DNA of 64,000 nt from assembly GCA_039714915.1 (NCBI GenBank), contig JBDLIM010000011.1, positions 1,382-65,381 of the forward strand, in the 5' to 3' direction. This document shows, one piece after another, positions 44,215-55,100 of this stretch. The notes under the pieces are model-generated. The model was given only the letters and a program-made list of their open reading frames with translations, was not told the DNA's origin and did no database searches. How positions within the stretch are numbered: the first letter of the stretch is position 1; every line of letters begins with the position of its first letter. The position numbers and the translations under genes were made by a program. Source of the stretch: Bacteroidota bacterium (lineage in GTDB: Bacteria; Bacteroidota; Bacteroidia; Bacteroidales; GCA-2748055).

Positions 44215-46167
44215 ATGAAAAAACAGCTTTTCATATACATGCTGCTTCTTTTTTTCAACCAGAGCGGAGTTGCAGCTGAACGCTTCCAGCCCATACCTGA
44301 TCAGGGTCTTTTGGATCTGAGGGCTACGCCTTTAGATGAGCAAAGCTACCTTAACCTGAACGGGGAATGGAGATTCCACTGGAAGAAACTGATCAATCCC
44401 AGGTCCCGAAAGCTTATTTTTGAACAGGATCCCGGACTGGTAGTCTCGGTTCCTTCATTTTGGAACAGCTATGTAATTAATGGGCAGAATCTGCCCGGAA
44501 CGGGTTACGGAACCTACAGCCTGAAAATCATTCTTCCTGAAGGCTATCAATCCACACTTTGTTTTGACATTCCTGTATTTGATGTGGCCTATACCTTTTA
44601 TCTCAATGACCAGCTGGTGAACTCCAACGGAAAAGTCGGAACTTCACACGAAGAGGAAGAACCCTGGTATGCACCTTCCAGTTTTTGTTATGTCCCTGAC
44701 AGCGATACCCTGGATCTCCTGATCCAGGTTTCCAATTTCCATCACAGACGGGGAGGATTCTGGAAATCCGTATATGCCGGTGGTTCGGATAAAATACAGG
44801 ACAAGATCAAACGCCGCAGAATGTTTAATTATTCTACCATCGGAGTACTTTTCTTTTTCATCTTCTTTTACCTGATTTTCTGGTTCTTCTCCAAATGGGA
44901 TGCCCTGATGCTTTTTTTTGCCCTGTCTGCACTCGGCATACTTGTGCGTTCTGTAAATACCGGGCTTTACTTTTCAAACTCCTTTGTGGAAGCACCATGG
45001 ACCTGGCAGATCCGCATGGAATACCTGGGCACTTACGTGGCTCATATTTTCGGAATGTATTTTTTAAACCAAATATTTCCGGCAAAATACATGAAGCCTG
45101 TCATCAGGATAAATGCCCTCCTTTTCACCCTGGCTGGTATTTCCCTTTTCCTGCTCCCGGTTCATGTTTTCAGTTATGAGATGCTGGTATTTCAGCCGGC
45201 CATTGTGCTGTTCCTTGTGTATTATCTGATCAGAGGTTTTCTCGGTACCCTCAGGGGAAAAGTAATGGATACCATCTTCTTTATCTCTCTGGGTCTGTTT
45301 ATTTATACCCTGGTGAACGACATTCTGCTGGCCAATACAGCCGGGGCCATTCACAACTCCTATCTGTCACAGCTTTCGTTTCAGATCTTTGTGTTTGCTA
45401 TGGCCGTGCTGATCATAATGCAATGGGTGAAAAACTACAATGCCCGTTTGCAACTGGAGTCCTCTCTCCGGTTTAAGAACAAAGTGCTGTCGGTGATCGC
45501 GCATGACCTGAAAAATCCCATAGCCAGCGTTGCACAGTTTTCCGAACTTCTGTCCAGGAAACCCGACCTTGCCCGAAAAGAGCATATAATTAACTCTTTA
45601 AATGAATCTTCGCAGGCCGCAGTCACCCTCCTGGACAACCTCCTTTACTGGGGCCGGTCCCAGGCCGATGAACTGATCGTAAAACCTGTAAGCTTTTCGG
45701 TGGAGAAGCTGATCAAGGATGTGAAATCCCTTTATGTACATATGATCAATCAGAAGGAGATTGATTTCAGAACAGAAATCCCTGCAGGAACAGAAGCATA
45801 TGCCGATAAGGCCCTGATGAATATTGCGGTCCGGAACCTGGTATCCAATGCCATAAAATTCACCCCCCGCAATGGATCCGTACGCATACTGGTAGTTGAG
45901 GACGGAGCAAATCTACGTTTTGAGGTCATTGATTCGGGAGTGGGCATAAGTGCCGAAATGCTGCTGGAGTTTGAAAAGAACGGTCTTATTCAAAGCTCCT
46001 CAGGTACAGACCGGGAAGCCGGAACCGGCCTTGGGCTCCAGCTGGTGAAAGATCTTGTGCAAAGAAGCGGAGGATCTCTGCAAATAAGGAGCACGCCAGA
46101 AAAGGGATCTGTATTTACATTTACTATTCCATCACCTAATACACAAGAGAAGCATGAAGATTATTAG
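44215..46167 (+). CDS. Sensor histidine kinase with a sugar-binding-like extracellular domain and 7TM-DISM region
   Basis: Likely start MKKQLFIY at 44215. LNGEWRF and GYGTY.L.I beta-sandwich; about 7 TM helices; H-box IAHDLKNP; N-box RNLVSNAIKF; DSGVG; GTGLGL; GS.FTFT. Confidence 0.88.
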   Translation: MKKQLFIYMLLLFFNQSGVAAERFQPIPDQGLLDLRATPLDEQSYLNLNGEWRFHWKKLINPRSRKLIFEQDPGLVVSVPSFWNSYVINGQNLPGTGYGTYSLKIILPEGYQSTLCFDIPVFDVAYTFYLNDQLVNSNGKVGTSHEEEEPWYAPSSFCYVPDSDTLDLLIQVSNFHHRRGGFWKSVYAGGSDKIQDKIKRRRMFNYSTIGVLFFFIFFYLIFWFFSKWDALMLFFALSALGILVRSVNTGLYFSNSFVEAPWTWQIRMEYLGTYVAHIFGMYFLNQIFPAKYMKPVIRINALLFTLAGISLFLLPVHVFSYEMLVFQPAIVLFLVYYLIRGFLGTLRGKVMDTIFFISLGLFIYTLVNDILLANTAGAIHNSYLSQLSFQIFVFAMAVLIIMQWVKNYNARLQLESSLRFKNKVLSVIAHDLKNPIASVAQFSELLSRKPDLARKEHIINSLNESSQAAVTLLDNLLYWGRSQADELIVKPVSFSVEKLIKDVKSLYVHMINQKEIDFRTEIPAGTEAYADKALMNIAVRNLVSNAIKFTPRNGSVRILVVEDGANLRFEVIDSGVGISAEMLLEFEKNGLIQSSSGTDREAGTGLGLQLVKDLVQRSGGSLQIRSTPEKGSVFTFTIPSPNTQEKHEDY

Positions 46168-47590
46168 AAAGGAGAGTCTCCAGAACGGGGACAACAGGAT
46201 ATATCTGATCAGGAAAGATCAGGATGTGGGTGAATTGATCCGGGAGGAGAAACAACTAAGCTATCTAAAGGAGAGATTGAAAAAGAAGAAGGATTGGTCC
46301 ATATTGAATCTCTTCGATCCCCTGGAAATGGTGATTGGCTTTGATTCATCCGATCTACCTAAAAACGGCAGGCTGGAAAGCGCCAGAAAAGCAGGTTTCG
46401 GGGCTCATTCTGCGCTTAAGGATCTGGATCTTACATCGGTGACTGTTTGTAACAAAGGGGTAGAAAAGGAAGAGTGCATCGCATTTGCTGAAGGACTGGC
46501 TCTGACCAATTACCAATTCCGGAAATACCTCACCGGCGAAAGCGTAGCGGCACATACCCTGGTAGAAATAGGGCTGATGGATGCCGGGCTTTCTGAGCTC
46601 GAGGTGGAAAACCTACATAACCTGGTCAGGGCTGTATATCTTACCCGGGACCTGGTGAACGAACCCCTTTCCTATCTGACTGCGGTACAACTTTCGGCCG
46701 AGATAGAGCTTATGGGAGAAGAATCAGGTTTTTCAGTGGAGGTTTTCAATAAGAAGAAAATAGAGTCCCTTAAGATGGGAGGATTGCTGGCTGTGAACAA
46801 GGGCAGTGTTGATCCACCCACTTTTACCATTCTCACCTGGAAGCCTGAAAATTCGGTTAATAAACACCCCATTGTGCTGGTGGGGAAAGGGGTGGTCTAT
46901 GACACCGGCGGATTAAGCCTGAAGCCCACTCAAGATTCCATGGACTATATGAAATGTGATATGGGAGGAGCTGCAGCAGTAGCAGGGGCCATGTTTTCTC
47001 TGGCTAAGAACCAGCTGCCGGTATGGGTGATTGGATTGATCCCGGCCACTGATAACAGGCCTGACGGAAATGCCTATGTTCCGGGAGATGTGGTTACCAT
47101 GTACGATGGGACCACTGTTGAAGTACTCAATACCGATGCAGAAGGACGGATGTTACAGGCAGATGCGCTCAGTTATGCTAAGCAATACGATCCGGAGCTG
47201 GTCATCGAACTCTCCACTCTTACAGGATCGGCTCAGGTGGCCATAGACAAATACGGGATGGTGGGCATGGGCAATGCCAGCCGGGAAATTATGGAAACCA
47301 TGAAAGAAAGTGGAGAATACACTGCAGAAAGAATTGCAGAATTCCCTTTCTGGGACGAATACAGGGAACTGCTAAAGTCGGATATAGCTGATCTGAAAAA
47401 CGTCGGGGGGAAAAATGCCGGGGCCATAACCGCAGGTAAGTTCCTTGAGCATTTCACCGATTACCCTTTCATACACCTGGATATTGCAGGTCCTTCCTTC
47501 AATAAGGTTCCTTTCAACTACAGGGGAAAGGGAGGCAGTGGAGTCGGAGTAAGGATCCTGTATAACTACTTGCTCAACAGATCACTTTAA
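46154..47590 (+). CDS. pepA: Leucyl aminopeptidase (M17)
   Basis: VGKGVVYDTGGLSLK, MKCDMGGAAAV, NTDAEGR and HLDIAG motifs. Confidence 0.93.
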   Translation: MKIIRKESLQNGDNRIYLIRKDQDVGELIREEKQLSYLKERLKKKKDWSILNLFDPLEMVIGFDSSDLPKNGRLESARKAGFGAHSALKDLDLTSVTVCNKGVEKEECIAFAEGLALTNYQFRKYLTGESVAAHTLVEIGLMDAGLSELEVENLHNLVRAVYLTRDLVNEPLSYLTAVQLSAEIELMGEESGFSVEVFNKKKIESLKMGGLLAVNKGSVDPPTFTILTWKPENSVNKHPIVLVGKGVVYDTGGLSLKPTQDSMDYMKCDMGGAAAVAGAMFSLAKNQLPVWVIGLIPATDNRPDGNAYVPGDVVTMYDGTTVEVLNTDAEGRMLQADALSYAKQYDPELVIELSTLTGSAQVAIDKYGMVGMGNASREIMETMKESGEYTAERIAEFPFWDEYRELLKSDIADLKNVGGKNAGAITAGKFLEHFTDYPFIHLDIAGPSFNKVPFNYRGKGGSGVGVRILYNYLLNRSL

Positions 47591-47601
47591 TATTTGTACA
47601 G

Positions 47602-48693
47602 ATGCATGGAAAAAAAATAAAAATAGGAATATCCCACGGGGATATCAACGGGATCAGTTACGAGGTTATTATCAAAACACTGATGGATCAACGGATCAGT
47701 GAGATTTGCACTCCCATTATCTACGGGTCCCCAAAAGTGGCAGCATATCACCGGAAAGCACTCAATATTGAAAGCTTCTCCCCCACAGGGATCAACTCAC
47801 CTGATGAGGCTAAGGGCAATAAAATTTACGTGATCAACTGCGTGGATGAAAACATCAGGGTAGAACTTGGAAAATCTACCGAGAGTGCAGGTATTTCCTC
47901 TTTCAAGGCACTAAAAGCTGCTACCGATGCACTCGAGTCAGGCAAAATTGATGCCCTGGTCACCGGGCCGGTAAATAAGCAAAACATACAGCACAGCAAT
48001 TTCAATTATAATGGACATACCGAATATCTGCAAGCCCGCTTCAAGGCTGACGAAGTAATGATGCTTATGGTAAGCGAGCTGTTGAAAGTGGGACTTGTAG
48101 CCGGTCATGTTCCGGTGGCACACTTAAGTTCGCTGATTACAACGGAACTGATTGTAGAAAAACTAAAGATCCTTGCCAATTCCCTGCTTAAGGACTTTGG
48201 AATCAGGAAACCCAACATTGCTGTGCTGGGATTGAATCCTCATGCAGGAGATGATGGTTTGCTGGGAAGCGAAGAGAAGGAAGTGATCATGCCTGCCCTG
48301 GAAGAAGCCAAAAAATCAAATATTTCGGTATTCGGACCTTTCCCGGCAGATGGTTTTTTCGGTTCGGGCCGCTTTACCAAATACGATGCTGTCCTGGCCA
48401 TGTATCATGACCAGGGTCTGGCTCCGTTCAAAGCCTTAAGCATGGAGACCGGGGTGAATTTCACTGCTGGTTTACCTGTGGTTCGAACCAGCCCTGCCCA
48501 TGGGACTGCTTTCGAATTGGCAGGAAAAAATGCAGCTTCGGCCGATTCTTTCCGGAATGCCATTTACCTGGCCATCGATACAATACGAAACAGGGAGCTG
48601 TACAAAGAAATTTCACTGGACCCCTTGCCCGCAGGAACTGCCCGAACAAATGGCAAAGATGAGTCGCCTGAAGATGTGGAAGCTGCCCAGTAA
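47602..48693 (+). CDS. pdxA: 4-hydroxythreonine-4-phosphate dehydrogenase
   Basis: GDINGI, VTGPVNK, GHTEYL, GLNPHAG, AMYHDQGL and RTSPAHGTAF motifs. Confidence 0.95.
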   Translation: MHGKKIKIGISHGDINGISYEVIIKTLMDQRISEICTPIIYGSPKVAAYHRKALNIESFSPTGINSPDEAKGNKIYVINCVDENIRVELGKSTESAGISSFKALKAATDALESGKIDALVTGPVNKQNIQHSNFNYNGHTEYLQARFKADEVMMLMVSELLKVGLVAGHVPVAHLSSLITTELIVEKLKILANSLLKDFGIRKPNIAVLGLNPHAGDDGLLGSEEKEVIMPALEEAKKSNISVFGPFPADGFFGSGRFTKYDAVLAMYHDQGLAPFKALSMETGVNFTAGLPVVRTSPAHGTAFELAGKNAASADSFRNAIYLAIDTIRNRELYKEISLDPLPAGTARTNGKDESPEDVEAAQ

Positions 48694-48710
48694 GCTGAAG
48701 AATTCCTTAT

Positions 48711-49088
48711 TCACCCGATCATCGACCGGTATTGGTCGGCCGGTATAAGTTCATCCAGTTGGGCTGGATCGGATAATTTTATCCGGATCATCCAGCCTTC
48801 GCCAAAAGGCTCGGAATTCACCAGTTCGGGAGTATCTTCCAGGGCCGGATTAACTTCTATAATCTCACCATCCACAGGCATGTAGAGATCCGACACGGTC
48901 TTTACAGCTTCAATGGTTCCAAATGTATCACCTTTTGAAAGCACTTCGCCTTCGGTTTCAATTTCAATGAAAACAACATCACCCAGTTCTCCCTGAGCAA
49001 AGTCGGTTACTCCAATCACAATTTCATCACCTTCCACACGAATCCATTCGTGTTCTTCGGTATACTTCAAATCATCGGGTACAGTCAT
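48711..49088 (-). CDS. gcvH: Glycine cleavage system H protein
   Basis: LKYTEEHEW, GVTDFAQGELGDVVF, lipoyl-Lys IEAVKTVSD, and GWM. Start placed at MTVPDDLK (49088) because the track's TTG start at 49115 falls inside a -7 box. Confidence 0.95.
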   Translation of the reverse strand: MTVPDDLKYTEEHEWIRVEGDEIVIGVTDFAQGELGDVVFIEIETEGEVLSKGDTFGTIEAVKTVSDLYMPVDGEIIEVNPALEDTPELVNSEPFGEGWMIRIKLSDPAQLDELIPADQYRSMIG

Positions 49089-49112
49089 AAAAAAACTTGT
49101 TAATAGGTTATT

Positions 49113-49120
49113 CAAATGTA
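49113..49120 (-). promoter_or_regulatory. -7 element TACATTTG for gcvH
   Basis: Exact TAnnTTTG match 24 nt upstream of the ATG at 49088. Confidence 0.55.
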
Positions 49121-49166
49121 ATAATTAAATAGGAAAGATCAGGCTGCTTTAGATCATATTACCCTG

Positions 49167-52100
49167 CTACAAAGTAAAGGTCATACTGAAGCCTGCATGG
49201 TAGTTGGCGTTAGGGTAACTATTAGATATATAGGGTGTTGTCAGGCGTTGATCATAGAAGGCCCTGATGGTGAATTTATCACTCAACATATAATCTGCCG
49301 AAGCTTTCACACTGAAAATACGTTGCCCGGCTGTAATTTCACTTCCTGAAAGATCTTCCAGTTTCCGGATGACCGTACGGTTATTTCGCATGGACAGGTC
49401 GACCCGCACATTCAGGTCACTGTTGAACTCTTTCTGATTGATAATCATTTGAACTTCGCTGAACCGGTAACCTGCCCCCACAATGAATTCACCGCTATTT
49501 ACCTCGTTCACCTGGGTATTGGCCATATTCATTGCCACTGTACGCGACCGCCGGTATTCAACCCGGGTGGTCAGGCTGTTTTTCCAGTCCATATTCAGGT
49601 CAAAGAGCGGGCTGAAGTTTTCATTGATGCTCACCGTATTGATGTTCTGCTCCACCATAAAATTGCCCTGCAGGTCCACTGCAACAGGAACCCCGCTGAT
49701 GGTATCGAAAGTGTAGAATGGATTTGAGATAAATGAACCCACACTGTAGGTGGACCGGTACGAATGATTCATTACAATGGAATTCACGTATTTCTGGAGG
49801 GCCTCAATCTTACCCAGGCCGTCAAAGCGTACCTGCCAGTTGGGCATGATCTCCATGATGGTTTTAACGGCCCTGAGTGAAACGGAATTCGGATCCTTGT
49901 CGCTGTATGATGCAAGGAAAGCCGGGATCAGCACCTCCTGGGAGGTAGGCCCGTATCCCTCATAATAACCCGCCGAGTCCTCCAGAATGGTACCCGTCCG
50001 ATCCATATAGTCATCTGCCAACCGTTTTGAAATGACCTTCCTGTAATCTTCCTTCAGCAGGGAGAATGAGCTGGAGGATTCAACTTTATCATCGATCTTT
50101 TCAAATGCAGTGCGAAGCGAAATATAGGACATGCTGAAGTTCCCGCTATACACCCTGCCTCTGGCTGTATCGGCTGGCAATTCACCGAATCTGTCCGCTG
50201 TATAATACTCTGAAAGGGTAGATGTAAACATGCGGTTGGAGGTCAGATCGATCTTCAGTCCATTGAAAGGCTCAATGTTGACCCTGGCCGTAAAACGCTC
50301 GGTGTTATTCAGGCTGAAAGGTTCGTTCAGGTTCTGGTCCCTGCTCAGCCACTCTTTGTTAAAGGCATCTTCGGCATAATATTCATCCTGCCAGCCTGAT
50401 AAGAATCCAAAGCCCGGAGCAAGTTCGCCGTTGTAGTTTTGCGTTCCGAAATAATCCGTTCCGGGAACATAGCCGGGCAAAAATGTTCCTCCACTCTTGG
50501 AGTAAGTGACATTGAAATTCCTGACACTCATCAGGATCCTCACGGTGGACTCAGCTATGAAAATAAGGGGACTCTGTCCTTTTTCGATGGTTCCCGTCAC
50601 CTTGACTGTTGCATTCCGGATGGCATTTTCAGAAGTAACCCGGATGCGGGTTTCACTCAGGATTTCGGTGAGTACTTCCACTGCCTGACCGTTCTCATCA
50701 AATACTTCAACCGTGATGTTTTCGGTCTTCAGGTTATGTGAAATATAGCGGCCCCTTCCTTCCCTGAGGTATAGGTTGTCCCTGGTAAATACTTTGGTCT
50801 TCGTCCGTTTTTCCGATTCCCGGGCACGGGTACGGGCATTCCTGTACTTGTCGTTGATCTCTTTCAGGTATCCAACCTTGTTATACAGGTTCACAAAATT
50901 CAGCTGGCCATTTAGCTGAATGGTATTGGAGTTCTTAATGGTATTTCCCAGATTAATGGGTCCAAATTCCGGATCGTCGGGAATAATGGGCCCCACATCC
51001 CAACCGTAGGTACCCCCATAGCGTACATTGGCACTGGTCCAGTCCAGCAAGGGGATCTTATTGATCGGGATGGTGTAGGAAGCATTAAACTGGTGGAAAT
51101 AGCTGGTGGTACGACCGCCTGCAAGAATGCTGCTCCAGAGTGAATCCCGGTACAGTTCATAGCTATCCAGCCCTTTCTTCCACCTGCCGCCAGGCTCATC
51201 GATCCGGGCCATATTGGTGGAGGAGAAATCGAGTCGAAGGTTTTTAGTAAGGTCGAATTTCAGATCAAAAAAGCGGTTCCACATAAAGTCCTTCTTAAAG
51301 GTAGGCTCCACGATAAAACCCGGATTATTGATGTTTCGGACCTGTTTTTCCAGGTAGTAGCGATCCATATCGGTCCTGAAGGAGATTCGCGAAGGCGAAT
51401 AATTAAAATTCATATCCTTAACAAGTCCCAACCAGTCCGAATTCATCCACTTCACTGATTTAAAAGGTTGTACATTCTTTGGCCTGGTATTGAAATTGTA
51501 AGAGATATTTCCCCTGACCTTCCGGGTATTGTAGAAATCCAGGTTGGGATTCCGGCTGACCATTTCATTCATGGAGAAGCTGGCCGACCAGTTGGAGAGG
51601 CTGTAGAACCTTTTTTTAGTCCCTGCCTTATTCATACGTACGTTGGTCACCGCAAAGGCTTTTCGCTCCACCAGGTCCCTGGCATTCCGGATAATGGAGT
51701 CGCGCTCAGCCTTGGTCTCCGCCTCATCGATGGCTTCTTTCAGGGGTATGTCAGGATCCAGGGGATTGTACTCGGGATTGATAATGGCTTTGGAATAGCT
51801 TGCAAAAACGGGAATATTCACCCCGTTTTCCTGCTTGAAGAACTTGCCCATCTGAAGGTTGGAAGACACATTGTACTGGATGATCTGCTCCCTCTGACGT
51901 TCCTGAACTTTCTGTTCAATGCTTCCGAATCCGGGCTGACTGGTATTACCTGCAAAAGTAACGTTTCCAAAGTCGGCCAGCTTAAGCGTTGCCCTTCCGT
52001 TGGCAGCCCATCCCCCCTTCTCGTTGAAATCGGTAAGCCGAAGCTCATTCAGCCAGATTTCCCCGGTTTTGGGCAAGCCGTCATCACTTCCATAGGGATT

Positions 52101-55100
52101 ATCGCCTGCCTTGGGATTCCGAACCCCGATCATAATGGTCCGGATGCTGCTCATATTCGGATTTCCTGAAACAGATATCCGGTTTCCTTTCTTATCGAGC
52201 GTGGAGAAGACCGAGTTGACGCTCACCTCACTTTCCGGATCGCTCATAGCCCTGTTCCTGGCTTGTTTGACCTCCTTAAACCAGTTCAGTTCCACCTCAA
52301 ACTGATTCTGCTCAGGCCACACAATCATACGATCGCTTTCGCTGTCGTTATCGTATCTGCCGGGAGGTGTCAGTTTTAAGGGAACTTCATACTCGTAATA
52401 ATTATCCTGGTAATCGGTCCCCAGCCTGATAAAAGCCACCAGTTCGTTCTGTCCCAATACATCACCGGGGACTGCCTCGGCATGTGCCTCCATCCTGATC
52501 TTCTTGTACTGGCGAATGTCCAGTTCTGTATTCTTATAAGCAGCTCTGGCATCTCCGTCCGCCAGTTCATATACTTTCAGAACGATGGACTGCTCGTTCA
52601 GCTGCCTGAGCTGGGGCTGGGTGGGGTCGATCTGACGGGTAAATCCCGGTGGCAATACATAGTTTACAGGTTCCTTACCCGCATTCTCTTCAATGTTTAC
52701 TGCCGAAATGGCCAGTGCTCCCTCGGTGGGTTCCTCGCCGGTCCAGGCTTCACCACCCTGGGTAAAGGGCAATTGGTAGCGCCTCCACTCTCCCCTGATC
52801 AGGTCCAGCCTGGCAAAACGGAGAAAGGTAGTATCCTGAAAACCGGTCATGAACATCCTCATAAAGCGGATGGTTTTAAAATCAGAGATATCCCCCACAG
52901 TTCCCTCGTAGTTGTAAATGGGAATCCTGAACTGGTACCAGGTCACATCCGTCTTTTTTCCATTCTCATAAGTAACCCGGTCCACCACCTTATCGATGAT
53001 GTTGTTTCTGCCCACCTCCATATCTCTGGGATTCAGGTCGACCCGGTATACGAAATAACTCTCGCCTTCGCTCACTGTGTTATCCCTGTTGATATCTTCA
53101 ATATCGGGCAGGGAGGTCCCTGAGGTGGGATAGGATTCAGGATTATCTATATCACTGGGTGAATTGCCTTCGTGGTTGTTATAATTTTTGTATCGGCTCA
53201 GTATATCGAGCTGTTTCCCATCATGATCTGAACTGCGGTAATAGCTGTAGTCATCGGATGAGGGATCCTCAAAGATCTGATCCCTCGCATCGCGGGTCAG
53301 CTGACCGGAGTTTACCAGGTTCTCAATCTGGTTCAGGTAATCGTCGGGTTGCTCTGAGAAAAAATGTCGCTCATCGGCCAGGTTCAGCCCGTCCATTCCC
53401 ACATCCTGGAACTTCCTGGTTTCATCGCCCCCACTGAATCCCTGTACAAGCGACTGGGTAAGGGGAATACGCCCCCATACCGTGGTATCCACTTTTTCAA
53501 TCACTTCGGAAGTGGGCAATCCGTTTTCAAACATTTTCCGGGAGTCCTTCAGCACATCCTCGGAAACATTACCCAGGTTGAAGTAGAGTTGTCCTCCCTG
53601 ATGATCGGGCATCTCAGCAAAGGGATCCATTAACCAGAATTCGATAAACTCCACATTGGATTGTTCGAAGTCGCTCGAATAAATCTCACGCATCACCCCA
53701 CCCCAGCGTTCTTCCGGCTTGGTAAGAAAGCCATTCTCATCTATCCCCAGGTAATCGTAATTATAGGGGCCCCGTTCCCTGGGATAATACGACATATTCA
53801 ACACCGAGATCCGGGTGGGTATCCCGTTGGGATTTTCCTTGTTGGGAAAGATATCCTGCTCGTATACTTCATATACATAGGCGCTGGACTGAAGATCCGG
53901 ATTTGCTTTGATATGTTCGGGGGTGCGGGAATCATTATTCAGAAAGAGGGGATCAATATGGTACCAGGATAGTTTTGCCCTTCCATATCCATACCTCCTG
54001 TCGTTGTTCCATTCGGCTTCCGGGAAGAACCCCCGGGGTGTACTTGCCAGTTTCCAGGAAGAAAACTGCTTCAGGTCGATGGAAGTCTCACTTCCCTCAA
54101 AATCGTCAATATAGGCATTCCCCTCCTTTTCAATGGCTTTGGAGTGGCCCGGAATCAGCTGTGCAAATTCTCCCACTACGGTAAGGGATGAGGGTACCTT
54201 GGTTTCCAGGAAGGGCAGTTTATCCACAATGGTGGTTATCAGTTGCGATTCTGTATTGTAGCTTCCATTGAGGCCCCAGATGGTATTGGATATGGGTTCA
54301 TCTCCGATATTTACTTTCTGGGTGAGAGGCCTTTCGGTCAGGTGCATGGCCGTGGCACCCAGTTGAAAGTTATCCGATACCCTGTAATCAAGGTGGGTTC
54401 CAACCAGGGTCTTGGTCTGGAAATTGAAAAGGGACTGATTCTCCAGTGATATCCGGATGGGAGTGCCCGATTCCATGATCCCCTGGTTTATAATGGTTAC
54501 ACGACCCAACATGTAATCCACTGTATAATCCTGCCCCTCAATAAGCTCCCTTCCGCCAGCAGTAACCTTCACTGATCCCTGGGGCACATTCATGGCATTC
54601 AGCATGATCTCAGAACTGTTGGAAGAAGAGTACTCCCCTGCTATGAGGAACTTGTTCTTCTCAGCGATCTGCTGAGCTTTGGTCTTGGTAGAATCATAGA
54701 GCTCCTGGTACACGTACTTCTCCACAGCCAGATCGGCTGCTTCCGCATCCAGGCTATCCCGCAGAATTTGCTCCAGATCGGAACCAAAAGGTTCCAGCAA
54801 AGGGAAAAACACCCTCCCATTGGAAGGATTGATCGTTATTCCGGGCATATAGTCGAAGATCCCGTCCGGATAGGGGTCCCGCTGCGAGTTCATGTTATCC
54901 ATATTCAGCAGCCTGATCAGGATAGACTTATCCAGACCGCCCCCCGGAAGATAATTCACTGCATTTCCGGTCTTATCATCCCTGTACAGCACATCCAGCT
55001 GAAACTCTTCCCGGCTTAACTGGTAAGCTCCCAGGGCATATACGTTCTTCATCATCAAACCCCAGGTATATGAGTTTGGTGTGAAATTAGTGGGTTTCAT

